Under the pieces are notes generated by a model. The model was not told the DNA's origin. It did not search any database and worked only from the letters and a program-made list of their open reading frames with translations. Positions 1 through 14,500 of a stretch of DNA of 64,000 bases are shown here, one piece after another. A program made the position numbers and the translations under genes. Position 1 is the stretch's first letter. The number at the start of each line of letters is the position of its first letter. The stretch comes from Tubulanus polymorphus (Eukaryota; Animalia; Nemertea): the NCBI RefSeq assembly GCF_964204645.1, contig NC_134026.1, positions 31,396,250 through 31,460,249 of the forward strand, written 5' to 3'.

Positions 1-44
1 AGATTTTCTAGTCCCTCAAAGGTTATCGTACCAAATCACCAAAG

Positions 45-262
45 TCTATAAGTTGGTATAAGACTGAACCGGCTCAAGATGTCCAAAAAGAGATTGACCC
101 CTAATGGTTGAGGTAGCTGACCCAAAACCATGTGGAGACGAACTGTCTTCAGCTGGGAGCTTATCCGGGACCAGGCTCAACACACAGCTAAGGACCAGTC
201 CATGTGGAAGAAGTTCGTCATGGCCTTGAAGGGATGAAGAGGACTAAGTAAGTGAAGTGAAA
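45..262 (+). mobile_element. Degenerate 3' end of an RTE-clade LINE
   Basis: Translated fragments PKTMWRRTV and AQHTAKDQSMWKKFVMAL resemble the RTE C-terminus (GRPxxTWRRTV...AQDRxxWRxxVxAL). They are followed by a TAAG/GAAGT-type tail. Frameshifted. Confidence 0.6.
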
Positions 263-741
263 GCTCATCGTGATAAGGTTCTGCTGTAGTGAGAGTCAAC
301 AGCATAAGGAACTAAACTCAAGCATAAATTTATTAATTTGATTTTATTCATAATTATAATCATTCAACCACATTGAATTACCAAAATCTCTTAACCCAAA
401 ATCCTTTAAAGAAAACTTATTATTACATGATATAAGTAAACAGAACTATGGCCCCTCGTCAGTGAATAAATGCCACCACTATCTATATCAAATATGTCAC
501 TATTGTGTACTTGATTTTAATCTATATCAACAGAGATTATTGTAACTACTCTGAGTGAACTTTAAAACTATTAAAGTAATCTTGAAAACAAATGAACCAA
601 GATAGCACAGTCTTACAACATTTAAATACCTACTAAAAGTACATTTAAAATATCCTCCAAAAACTGAGGAAGTTTTAATTTTTCAAATTTCATGCATATC
701 ACAGTTTATTATTTACAGTCTACGTCTGCTAAACGTCGGGG

Positions 742-2107
742 TCACCTGCGACCTTGAACATCGAAGAATGCATCTTCTTTATAAACTTGGTTGTGAGGTA
801 GATCTAACTGCCTCTCAGCTTCTGATATATCATTGTGAATTTCTGAGATTAAACTTCCTGAAATGATATTTCAATACATGCAATAATCATCATCAGCTTC
901 CCGGTAATGTGGGAATGAATATAGATTGAATTCTTACCTAATGAGTCAAAGCTTTTCTCTGGTCTGATGTAACCGAGCATTACTATTTTCAACGTACATC
1001 CATAAAAATCACCATCAAACTTATTAATGATATGAGTTTCCTGAAAAATAGAATTATTGTTTTTTTAATAATTAAACCAGATAACTAATATCACAGCTTG
1101 TCACATGAAGCAAGGGTTCAAAATCAAAAACCTAAAACCCATATTTTCAATTTTGGGGATTACAAACTCTCGTGTCTACCGGTCGCTTCTATCAGGTTTA
1201 TGGACAGTCTAAGAGCGTATTCTGCAGACGCGGATCTAGGGGGCAGCACATGCTGCACGTGCCACCCTCTAGATTTTCCCCCGAAAATTATTACTATGTT
1301 TTTTTTGGTGGAAAGAATCGCAAGTGCTTGGGAATTGCATCTGAAGGGGATAATGCCCTTTTAAAATATTGCCTGCCCTTCTGATTTTGTGCTACCCCTA
1401 AAATTTTGTCCCGGATCCGCGCCTGTTCTGGTTACAACAGCACCAGAAGAGGATTTCGGAATCGGTAGAGACCAATTGAAACCTCAATACAGTCACCTAG
1501 ATCCTAGGTTTACGTGGTAAATCTTAGATTTTGGACCCCCAGGTTTATGTGACATGAAATATCAGTAAAACTAACCATTGATCTTTTCTCATTTTTATAA
1601 AATGGATTCCACCCGATACTCATCACCATTTTATAGATCGGTCCATCGTCGACAGTCGCCCAGCCGTGATATATTCCACTCTCGATATCATCGGGTAAAT
1701 TATCAACGACATCTTCCGGGAAATTCGCTACAACAAAAACCAGAATCATGAATTTACATAAATCAATCTATATTTATATAACAGATCTGAGATTGGAATA
1801 ACTAATAAATAAGATGAAATGTTGATTCAGTGATTGTGATTCAGCTGTCAGTGAATGGATGATGAGTCTGTCTACAGTTTCTCTTCCTCTTGCTCTGTCT
1901 GAGACTGAATCTGCTGCTGCTCTGTTGGAATAAAGCTAGAATCCAAACGAATAAAGGACACGTCACTCCTAAATATGAAATTATACAATTCTTAGCTGTC
2001 TTACCTGTTGGTATTCCTAATTCTTTGCTTCCCCTTCCAAACCCTTTTACTACCCGTCCCTGGGCAAAATGAGGCAAAGACTGTTGTCTTGAACTGGTAG
2101 GAGACAT
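742..2107 (-). CDS. RFK: Riboflavin kinase, 4 coding exons, 157 aa
   Basis: Exons 2107-2005, 1727-1576, 1040-938 and 857-742 have GT-AG introns with consistent phases (474 nt total). Motifs: [77 protein letters not shown]. Confidence 0.96.
1225..1425. mobile_element. MITE in RFK intron 2
   Basis: Terminal inverted repeats CAGACGCGGATC / GATCCGCGCCTG, with TTCTG on both flanks (putative 5-bp TSD). Confidence 0.65.
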
Positions 2108-2625
2108 CCTTCCGACACCGGGTGCTCCCTGTAAGTAGAAATCCTCTAATGACGTAACGCCGTCCAGCTGATAATTCGGGTGTTTCCGGATTAGCTTCCG
2201 GAATCACCCGAATGCTTGCGCCTTGGTGTCCGTAAATTAAGATTATTCGGGTTATCTATTTTGTATTTTAAACACGGGGAAATGATGACACAAGCGAGTC
2301 AGGATATGAGTGATACGGGTTGATGAGGATGAGGGGGTGATGAAGATGAATCAGCTGCTCCGGTCAGGGTCAGGTGCTAGCGATAGTTTCAACCAATCAG
2401 AGAGTTCGTTACAAACAGCAATCGACGAGAAGGCGTTTAGCGTTCTACGCCATAAAAACCAAAACATTACTAAATCCAGGTCAAATACTCGGCAATTTGG
2501 CAAAGTTTCCTAAAAATCCACGCGTCTTAGAAAAAAGTCTCGAAAGAAAATCAAGTTTTTAAGAAGTTAACATCGCTGAAATAGTGTCGCCTGGCGGATT
2601 TATGGGGGAAACTGGACGATGAAAG
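2108..2625. promoter_or_regulatory. Putative bidirectional promoter between RFK and NFI
   Basis: About 520 bp between divergent ATGs. CpG-richer than the flanks, with CCAAT at ~2393 and a TGACGT half-site at ~2150. Confidence 0.55.
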
Positions 2626-5600
2626 ATGACTATGGTAAGTCAGTGTGTTTACTCTCTGTCGCTCGTTCAGTGGTCGAGGCCCGTGTGCGCGCTACCTCTC
2701 TCTATCTCACACTGAATGTCTGTGGTCTATTGAAGTGTTGAATATTTGAGTTGATTGCCTGGCACAGCCTAATTGATCACTAATCAGTGACCCGTGACCA
2801 CACACTAACCAGCCTGCCAGCCAGGAGTGTGCCTACCTTACAAGTTACACTACACAATAGAGCAGCAATTAGCTACCTCACTGTCACAGTTAGGTGGATA
2901 GATGATTCTCCACAGCTAGGTGGATAGATGATTGTCCACAGCTAGGTGGATAGATGATTCTCCACAGCTAGGTGGATAGATGATTCTCCACAGCTAGGTG
3001 GATAGATGATTCTCCACAGCTAGGTGGATAGATGATTCTCCACAGCTAGGTGGATAGATGATTCTCCACAGCTAGGTGGATAGATGATTCTCCACAGCTA
3101 GGTGGATAGATGATTCTCCACAGCTAGGTGGATAGATGATTCTCCACAGTTCGGTGGATAGATGATTCTCCACAGCTAGGTGGATAGATGATTCTCCACA
3201 GCTAGGTGGATAGATGATTCTCCACAGCTAGGTGGATAGATGATTGTCCACAGCTAGGTGGATAGATGATTCTGCACAGCTAGGTGGATAGATGATTCTC
3301 CACAGCTAGGTGGATAGATGATTCTGCACAGCTAGGTGGATAGATGATTCTCCACAGCTAGGTGGATAGATGATTCTCCACAGCTAGGTGGATAGATGAT
3401 TCTCCACAGCTAGGTGGATAGACGATTCTCCACAGCTAGGTGGATAGATGATTCTCCACAGTTCGGTGGATAGATGATTCTCCACAGCTAGGTGGATAGA
3501 TGATTCTCCACAGTTCGGTGGATAGATGATTCTCCACAGCTAGGTGGATAGATGATTCTCCACAAGGTTTCTCTCCTTATAGTTTCAGGAAGTCTGTTCT
3601 GTTTACAGACATCGAATGTTATAGTAAAACAAGCAGCTTTGTTTACTGCTGTTGACAAACATCCCAGCCCCCACTCCTTGAACTTAAATACAATATCAGA
3701 GTTCACCTACACCCCCTCCCCCAGTTCACCTACACCCCCCTACACTAAAATATCTAACAACTACAAAACACAACAGAAGAAGTGTTTCCTGCCTGCTGAT
3801 CATCATAGATGAATCACCTAAATGTCATGCAAGGGCAGATCCAGGATTCATTGAATGGGGAGGACCTGAAATTTATTTGAAAAGGGCAGATTTGGCAACA
3901 CACGTTTGCTTTAAGAGAAACATAAGACTGAAGGGTTCTGGTGGCACTCCTACTGAAAATTAAGGACAAAATGAACCTTACTGGCTCTTATCAGGCCCAT
4001 TCGGATTCATTGTTCCTTTTTTTTAAATTTCCTTTGCAACTATATAAATATTCCAGACTGTAAGGAGGGCGCGTTTGAACTTTGAAGGGGCTGGACTAGT
4101 CCATCCTCCCTAGTCATGATTTGATAGGCCCTTTTTCATCAGTTAAAGTTTCTTCAAATCTATTTCAACTCACACTATTCATGGTACCACTAGATGGTAC
4201 TGGTACCACTAGAGATATGGTATTCATGGTACCACTAGAGATATGGTATTCATGGTACCACTAGAGATATGGTATTCATGGTACCACTGGAGATATGGTA
4301 TTCAGGGTACCACTAGAGATATGGTATTCATGGTACCACTAGAGATATGGTATTCATGGTACCACTAGATGGTATTGGTACCACTAGAGATATGGTATTC
4401 ATGGTACCACTAGATGCTAGATGGTACCACTAGAGATATGGTATTCATGGTACCACTAGAGATATGGTATTCATGGTACCACTGGAGATATGGTATTCAT
4501 GGTACCACTAGAGATATGGTATTCATGGTACCACTAGAGATATGGTATTCATGGTACCACTAGATGCTAGATGGTACCACTAGAGATATGGTATTCATGG
4601 TACCACTAGATGCTAGATGGTACCACTAGAGATATGGTATTCATGGTACCACTAGAGATATGGTATTCATGGTACCACTAGAGATATGGTATTCATGGTA
4701 CCACTAGAGATATGGTATTCATGGTACCACTAGATGCTAGATGGTACCACTAGAGATATGGTATTCATGGTACCACTAGAGATATGGTATTCATGGTACC
4801 ACTAGATGCTAGATGGTACCACTAGAGATATGGTATTCATGGTACCACTGGAGATATGGTATTCATGGTACCACTAGAGATATGGTATTCATGGTACCAT
4901 TAATTCTATTTCTGATTCAGTTTTTATGTTGAGGTCTCTATGATTCTGACTGATTCATCAGTTTATGTTTAGGTCCCTGGATTGAAACTATTTTTCTAAA
5001 TTTCTAGTAACTTCTCAATTATGAAATCAATAAATCAGTAGTGTGTGACACCCCCTCAAACTGCTGCTGGTAGCAGTGATGTTCGTATTGTCCTCTCAAT
5101 TGTCACTTGTTTATGAATGAACAGAATGACGTAATGTATACAGCGTCAACATCAGTTTTAATGTGGGTTGTTTGTTATATCAGTTAACTCATACAGACAC
5201 AGATACAGTTATTTATAAAACTCTCTCGTCTAGAGAGAGAGAGAGAGAGAGGGAATATCACTGAGCTTACCGCTGAGTGAGGTCATTTAACGGTCATAGT
5301 TAAACCACTGGTCAGTGGTATATAAACCGGTCAGTCAGTATATATATATATATAAAGCAATGATGCAACCAAATTTCTGGCATCATCAATCGGCTCCGGC
5401 TCCGGCTTCTGCTTCTTGTTCTATGGATTACTTTCAGAATGTGGTTCGTATTCTGCTGAATGTCGTATTCATTGTTGTTTAGTTAACGTGTAACTGTGTT
5501 AAAAAAATTACGGATATTCTGGCAGATTTTTTAATAGCTCCCTATTCAGGTCATTTATATTTGATTCAATTATGGATTCTTTATCTTTGTTTACTTTGTT

Positions 5601-8600
5601 GAATTTCGGGTTTTAAAAAGAAATCATATTTCTGGATAGAACTGGAGTAGGTCAACTTAAATACGTAAATCGGCCCCTATCATCCAATACCCTAAGTTTT
5701 CCATGTAAATTTTCAACCCCTGATTAGAAGATGTTTGATCATTGTATTGATTAAGATAGTGTTCTGTTATTCATTAGCCCTGATTTAATCTGCCTGTGAG
5801 ACAATATCAAGATCTCATTAAGCATTTGATGAAAAATCAAATGAAATTTTTTATGATGAAATTTATTAAATGTTGAGACTAACATCAGGTGATAGACCAG
5901 AAATAGAACAACAGCGTTTAAACTCATCATTGTACGCCTATATATGTCAGTGTCTATTGTATTGTTGGTCTAGTCTAGTCACTGGTGCTAGTTGGTCATC
6001 TAGTCTAGTTACTGGTGCTAGTTGGTCATCTAGTCTAGTCTCTGGTGCTAGTTGGTCATCTAGTCTAGTCTCTGGTGCTAGTTGGTCATCTAGTCTAGTC
6101 TCTGGTGCTAGTTGGTCATCTAGTTCATCTAGTCTAGTCTCTGGTGCTAGTTGGTAATCTATTCTAGTTACTGGTGCTAGTTGGTCATCTAGTCTAGTTA
6201 CTGGTGCTAGTTGGTCATCTAGTCTAGTTACTAGTGCTAGTAAGTCGTTTAGTCTCTGTAGTTGTCTCTAGTCTCTTGTCCAGTCTCTAGTCTAGTCTGT
6301 ATTGTTGATGTTAGTGTTTATTGTTGTTATTTTCAGGATGAATTTCATCCCTTCATTGAGGCGTTATTACCTCACGTGAAGGCGTTCTCGTATACCTGGT
6401 TTAACTTACAAGCCGCTAAACGTAAATACTTCAAGAAACATGAAAAACGTATGTCAATGGAAGAGGAGAGACATGTCAAAGAGGAATTGTTGGTAAGTAC
6501 TTATACTTCCCTCTAGTGACTGACTGCTTATACTCCCCTTTAGTGACTGAATCCAGTGGGTTCTATCAATACTCTCCTCTGAATCCAGTGGGTTCTATCA
6601 TTACTCTCCTCTGAATCCAGTGGGTTCTATCATTACTCTCCTCTGAATCCAGTGGGTTCTAACATTACTCTCTGAATCCAGTGGGTTCTAACATTACTCT
6701 CTGAATCCAGTGGGTTCTATCATTACTCTCCTCTGAATCCAGTGGGTTCTATCATTACTCTCCTCTGAATCCAGTGGGTTCTAACATTACTCTCTGAATC
6801 CAGTGGGTTCTATCATTACTCTCCTCTGAATCCAGTGGGTTCTAACATTACTCTCCTCTGAATCCAGTGGGTTCTATCACTACTCTCCTCTGAATCCAGT
6901 GGGTTCTATCACTACTCTCCTCTCATTTCTCCTTTTTCACTAGATATGAAATATTGATAACAATTCCTAGAAATCTACAATGTTTGACCTTACATTGACC
7001 TTTACTAATTAAATCTACACTGTCTCGTTATACATCAATATTTATGATAGTAGTTCTAGGAATTCTGAGACGTGAGACAGAGACGTGAGATCTATTCTCA
7101 ATAACACATCCAATTTCAACATTCTCAACAGCAGCATTCATATAAACACAAAGACAAATAGTGACTGCTTAAGAGAGTTGAGACTTTTCAACTCAATTCT
7201 AAGAGAGTTATGACTTTTCAACTCAATTCTAAGAGAGTTTGTGACTTCTAAACTAAACTGTTCCAATAGGTTCTCATATCTTGATAAATGGCAATTTTAC
7301 TGAGTTTGGCTCCAATTGAACTGTTTTTGGCATCACTAAACTTTTGAATCATTGAACTTAAACTTTTCCATCATGAGATTTTAATAGAAAATTTATAATG
7401 TATAGAAATTCAAAATTAAATGCGGACATTGTCTGGAAATATGAGATGAAACTGATGTATGTAGGGAGTATGTGGGGTGTATGTAGGGAGTATGTAGGTG
7501 TTTCTGAATCGTTTATATATAGATATTTATTTTCTTGCCTACAGATATTTATTTAATAGTTTAAAGGAGTTATGTTGTATTGATTTAAAGATGTCAGTTT
7601 TCACTGAAATCGATATGAAACCCGTCTGCTTGCAGACCTCGAGACTAAACCCTCCGGCTAAATCATCAACCTTTATAGATATATTTAAATATGATTTCAC
7701 GTCACTTTGAAACTTGATAAAAAGATTTGAAGGGACAGTAAATTCAGGGCCTTGAAGGTTCAATTCTTCCTATCACAGTTCATTCTGCCATCTTGAATAA
7801 ATACATGGTTACAGTAAATCTTGCCTTACTCAGATGCGGCCGAAAAATACTAAATCATTTTTGTTAATTCCTAACAAATTTTTCTATCCTTTACTTGGAC
7901 TTCGCTGACCTCCGACCAATTTTACTGGACAACTTAGTTCGAGTTAGGCGAGGTTTAGGCCTATACTAGCGAAGTAAGGCGCCTCTAGATCGGTTGTCAA
8001 TCGTTCTAAATTACACCAAAACGAGAATTGTTTAAAACCGAGTGTTTACCCCTCAGTGCGACGTATGATTTACCCACCTCAACCTCCACACTGTGTTTAC
8101 CCCTCAATGCGATGTATGATTAACCCACCTCAACCTCAACACTGTGTTTACCCCTCAGTGCGACGTATGATTAACCCACCTCAACCTCAACACTGTGTTT
8201 ACCCCTCAGTGCAAGGTATGATTAACCCACCTCAACCTCCACACTGTGTTTACCCCTCAGTGCAACGTATGATTAACCCACCTCAACCTCCACACTGTGT
8301 TTACCCCTCAGTGCAACGTATGGTTAACCCACCTCAACCTTCACACTGTGTTTACCCCCCAGTGCAACGTATGGTTAACCCACCTCAACCTCAACACTGT
8401 GTTTACCCCTCAGTGCGACGTATGGTTAACCCACCTCAACCTTCACACTGTGTTTACCCCCCAGTGCAACGTATGGTTAACCCACCTCAACCTCAACACT
8501 GTGTTTACCCCTCAGTGCAACGTATGGTTAACCCACCTCAACCTTCACACTGTGTTTACCCCCCAGTGCAACGTATGGTTAACCCACCTCAACCTCAACA

Positions 8601-11518
8601 CTGTGTTTACCCCTCAGTGCGACGTATGATTAACCCACCTCAACCTCAACACTGTGTTTACCCCTCAGTGCAAGGTATGATTAACCCACCTCAACCTCCA
8701 CACTGTGTTTACCCCTCAGTGCAACGTATGATTAACCCACCTCAACCTCCACACTGTGTTTACCCCCCAGTGCAACGTATGGTTAACCCACCCCAACCTC
8801 CACACTGTGTTTACCCCTCAATGCGATGTATGATTAACCCACCTCAACCTCAACACTGTGTTTATCCCTCAGTGCAACGTATGATTAACCCACCTCAACC
8901 TCCACACTGTGTTTACCCCCCAGTGCAACGTATGGTTAACCCACCCCAACCTCCACACTGTGTTTACCCCTCAGTGCGACGTATGATTAACCCACCTCAA
9001 CCTCAACACTGTGTTTACCCCTCAGTGCAACCTCAGTCTCTTTCACTCTAACTATAGTTAAATCGTATTTACTTATATTTTTCAGAATGAAAAACTCGAG
9101 ATAAAACAGAAATGGGCTTCGAGATTATTAGCGAAACTACGTAAAGATATCTGTCAGGAATATCGAGAGGATTTCGTAATGAGTTTAACCGGTAAACGCG
9201 CTCCAGTTTGTGTATTGAGTAATCCGGATCAGAAAGGAAAAATGAGACGTATCGATTGTTTAAGACAGGCTGATAAAGTGTGGAGATTAGATTTAGTGAT
9301 GGTGATATTGTTTAAAGCGATCCCTCTCGAGAGTACGGACGGTGAACGTTTAGAGAAATCATCGCATTGTTTAAACCCTGCGTTATGCGTTAATCCTCAT
9401 CATATAAGCGTATCGGTCAGAGAATTAGATTTGTATTTAGCTAATTTTATTCATACTTATGGTAAGTTTTATTTTTCATTCTGCTGAATCCAATCCCACA
9501 GATTTCGTAAAGATTATTTCACTCATTGTAAATGAACTGATTTTAACTCTGATTCATAATTGTGGAACTGATTCCTGAGTTCTGAGTTGTTAACTCATAC
9601 TCATAACTGTGGAACTGATTCCTGAGTTCAGAGTTGTTAACTCATACTCATAACTGTGGAACTGAGTCCTGAGTTCAGAGTTGTTAACTCATACTCATAA
9701 CTGTGGAACTGAGTCCTGAGTTCAGAGTTGTTAACTCATACTCATAACTGTGGAACTGAGTCCTGAGTTCAGAGTTGTTAACTCATACTCATAACTGTGG
9801 AACTGATTCCTGAGTTCACAGTTAACTCATACTCATAACTGTGGAACTGATTCCTGAGTTCAGAGTTGTTAACTCATACTCATAACTGTGGAACTGAGTC
9901 CTGAGTTCAGAGTTGTTAACTCATACTCATAACTGTGGAACTGATTCCTGAGTTCAGAGTTGTTAACTCATACTCATAACTGTGGAACTGAGTCCTGAGT
10001 TCAGAGTTGTTAACTCATACTCATAACTGTGGAACTGAGTCCTGAGTTCAGAGTTGTTAACTCATACTCATAACTGTGGAACTGATTCCTGAGTTCACAG
10101 TTAACTCATACTCATAACTGTGGAACTGAGTCCTGAGTTCAGAGTTGTTAATTATAGATTTTGATTGTTATTTTTAGTACCTAGAGATTTCACATGCAAT
10201 GAGTTGCCAAATACAACAACAGTAGAAGAAGAAGGTAAGACCTGACTATTGGATGGTGTGGGGATTGTTCGGAATCCCGCCTCGGGGTCAGATTGGGGAT
10301 CTCGAGGTCTGGATAGAACCCTGCTTCGGGGTCAGATTGGGGATCTGGAGGTCTGGATAGACCCAAACCCTACCTCGGGGGTCAGATTGGGGATCTCGAG
10401 GTCTGGATAGAACCCTGCCTCGGGGGTCAGATTGGGGATCTCGAGGTCTGGATAGAACCCTGCTTCGGGGTCAGATTGGGGATCTGGAGGTCTGGATAGA
10501 CCCAAACCCTACCTCGGGGGTCAGATTGGGGATCTCGAGGTCTGGATAGAACCCTGCCTCGGGGGTCAGATTGGGGATCTCGAGGTCTGGATAGACCCAA
10601 ACCCTACCTCGGGGGGAGGGGGGCTCTCCTCCATCCGTATATATTGATACATTTCGGGTTGAAAATCAAATATACTTTATAAATAAGGTTAATGTAGTAA
10701 TAACGCGGACACGCGTAGATTGTTTCCTACATTGAATACCTACTAATAGATTACTGAATGAATGAATGAATGAATGAATGAATAAATGAATGAATGAATG
10801 AATGAATGAATGAATGAATGAATGAATGAATGAATTTCCCTTTAGTTCATATTCATTCATATTCCACGTGTAATAAATTATAATCAGTCAAATCTTCTAT
10901 GGTTTGAACTATCTATAACCTTCCTGTCAGTCACACCTCCCCCTCCTGTCACACCTCCCCCTCCCCTCCTGTCACACCTCCCCTCCCCTCCTGTCATACC
11001 TCCCCCTCCTGTCATACCTCCCCCTCCTGTCATACCTCCCCCTCCCCTCCTGTCACACCTCCCCCTCCCCTCCTGTCACACCTCTCCCCTCCTGTCATAC
11101 CTCCCCTCCTGTCACACCTCCCCCTCCCCTCCTGTCTTCAGAATTCAAGTATTTGCTGTTTCTGTTGCAGATTCGAGATTCGAAGTGACCTTCGAGTCAG
11201 TGAAGGTCACATCGATGACAAAAATGACGAGAAAATGTCAAATGTAATAAATTGATTTTATCAGCCCTCGAGCACTCGCATTCTCAACATTGTTTTTCCT
11301 GTTGTTGAGGAGGAAATTTTTGAATGAATAATTTTTGTGTAGTTGTGTAGTTGTTGGGTAAACATTGATTAGCGATCAGGTTCCACCCACTCCCTGTAGG
11401 CGGCTCTGAATGTCATGTCGTATTGATTTCTCATATTTGAATGGTACTTCAAATAAATATTTATCCGATTTCAATGATATTATTATACAGAGTACAGTTG
11501 AGAAACTAGAGTCTAAAC

Positions 11519-11578
<60 letters not shown>

Positions 11579-14500
11579 TTATATTTACATATTCGAAGAG
11601 TCTATTATTGATTTTGACTGACTGTAACAAATAATGCTGTTTCATCCTCAAACTAAATAGTCACTCCCCTCTCTTACTTTCCTCCCTCCCTATCCCTCTC
11701 CTGCCTCCATCCTCCTAATTTCTCTACTCTCTCCCCCTCCCCTGCTACTTTCCTGCTCCCCTTCCCTGGCTACGTCCCCCCTCCCTACATGCCCCCACTC
11801 TAGCCTCCTCTATGCTGTATTGTCACGGTTTGATATATTTTTAGGTATAGTTGGCAGGGAAAATGTTGCAGCTACTGGTGTTTTTTCGGCTAAAGAACTT
11901 CTAAGCGTGACTCAAAGTAAATGAAATATAATATATTCAATGATTTAATAACATTCTATCTGTGATCACGATGATTTAAAATCCTATCTTTCTGTGATCA
12001 CGATGATTTAACATCCTATCTATCTGTGATCACGATGGGTTAACATCCTGTCTGTGATCACGATGGGTTAACAACCTGTCTGTGATCACGATGATTTAAC
12101 ATCCTATCTATCTGTGATCACGATGGGTTAACATCCTGTCTGTGATCACGATGGTTTAACATCCTGTCTGAGATCACGATGGTTTAACAACCTGTCTGTG
12201 ATCACGATGGGTTAACATCCTGTCTGAGATCACGATGATTTAACATCCTATCTGTGATCACGATGGGTTAACATCCTGTCTGAGATCACGATGGTTTAAC
12301 AACCTGTCTGTGATCACGATGGGTTAACATCCTGTCTGAGATCACGATGGTTTAACATCCTATCTGTGATCATGATGGTTTAACATTCTATCTGTGATCA
12401 CGATGGTTTAAAATCCTATCTTTCTGTGATCACGATGATTTAACATCCTATCTGTGATCACGATGGGTTAACATCCTGTCTGAGATCACGATGGTTTAAC
12501 AACCTGTCTGTGATCACGATGGGTTAACATCCTGTCTGAGATCACGATGATTTAACATCCTATCTGTGATCACGATGGGTTAACATCCTGTCTGAGATCA
12601 CGATGGTTTAACAACCTGTCTGTGATCACGATGGGTTAACATCCTGTCTGAGATCACGATGGTTTAACATCCTATCTGTGATCATGATGGTTTAACATTC
12701 TATCTGTGATCACGATGGTTTAAAATCCTATCTTTCTGTGATCACGATGATTTAACATCCTATCTGTGATCACGATGGGTTAACATCCTGTCTGAGATCA
12801 CGATGGTTTAACAACCTGTCTGTGATCACGATGGGTTAACATCCTGTCTGAGATCACGATGATTTAACATCCTATCTGTGATCACGATGGGTTAACATCC
12901 TGTCTGAGATCACGATGGTTTAACAACCTGTCTGTGATCACGATGGGTTAACATTCTATCTGTGATCACGATGATTTAACATCCTATCTGTGATCACGAT
13001 GATTTAACATCCTGTCTGAGATCACGATGGTTTAACATCCTATCTGTGATCATGATGGTTTAACATTCTATCTGTGATCACGATGGTTTAAAATCCTATC
13101 TTTCTGTGATCACGATGATTTAACATCCTATCTGTGATCACGATGGGTTAACATCCTGTCTGAGATCACGATGGTTTAACAACCTGTCTGTGATCACGAT
13201 GGGTTAACATCCTGTCTGAGATCACGATGGTTTAACATCCTATCTGTGATCACGATGGTTTAACATCCTATCTGTGATCACGATGGTTTAACATTCTATC
13301 TGTGATCACGATGGGTTAACATCCTATCTATCTGTGATCACGATGGTTTAACAACCTATCTGTGATCACGATGGTTTAACATCCTATCTGTGATCACGAT
13401 GATTTAACATCCTATCTGTGATCACGATGGGTTAACATCCTATCTATCTGTGATCACGATGGTTTAACATCCTATCTATCTGTGATCACGATGATTATTC
13501 TAATTTCAGCGTCACTGATCGCACCACAGAATGGAAACTCATTATGCACGTCTTTCATTAAAGTAGAAGGTCCTAGTTACTACGACAACTACGGGAGTGG
13601 CGATCAGAGTATCGTTGGTAACCGTGTCGACCAACAACAATCGTCTCAAACGATACAATCTGCTGCTACGGTAACCAGCCCGAAATCAACCAATCGACAC
13701 AAACGATTCAAACGCACTCATTTAGCTTCAGGTTCTTCAGTTGATGAAGAGATAGATGGCGTTGGAGTAGACGAGCAGCAGCAGCAGACGGGTTATTACT
13801 CCACTAAATCATCTCAGTCTTCCTCTACACAGTGGCCTCAAGAACCAAACTTAGATCATACAGGTATAGTGAATATAGAGGGCGCTTTTATCTGCTGTAT
13901 TATACAGGGATCTGGGGCTGGTTTTATAGACTGGTTATATCTGGGGCCAGTTCCACAGTCGAGACTTAAGTCCAAAAGTGAGCTTTAGTCTTAAGATTGG
14001 CATTAAGTTGTTAGATTGGCTATATAACTAACATGGTCTTAGACTGGGCTTAAGTCTAAGCCATGACTATGGGGCTAACTCCATTTTGATTGAGTTAGCC
14101 CCGGGTTTAAGACAATACCTGTCTCTAAAATTGGCCCCAGTATTATAGAGGGCTGTGTTTAATCTGCTATGTATCGTAGATGGCTGTGTTTAATCTGTTT
14201 GAAGAGGGCTGTGTTTAATCTGTTTTAATCGTAAGATGGCTGTGTTTAATCTGTTTGAAGAGGGCAGTGTATAGAGTTGTATATTTAATGTTATTTATAG
14301 GTGGTATGTCACATAGTCCAGCTATGCATTCTCCACACTTGATTCATACAGCTACAGGAACCGGAACAGGAGCTATAACGGCTTCTATTGTTGTAAAACA
14401 GGATCCGTCTGTTGTAGGATTCAGTTCGGTACAACGTCCAACGCACGTACCGACACCTCCGCAAAATCTGACTGTTATACAACAAACTAGTTTACCTCCG

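Noticed and set aside
8056-9051. 331-aa Cys/Pro repeat ORF
   Set aside because: It is a stop-free 51-bp minisatellite inside the intron splitting the NFI DNA-binding domain, with a GTG start and no unique sequence.
11410-11634. Poly-Cys ORF
   Set aside because: It is an intronic (CTG)n microsatellite.
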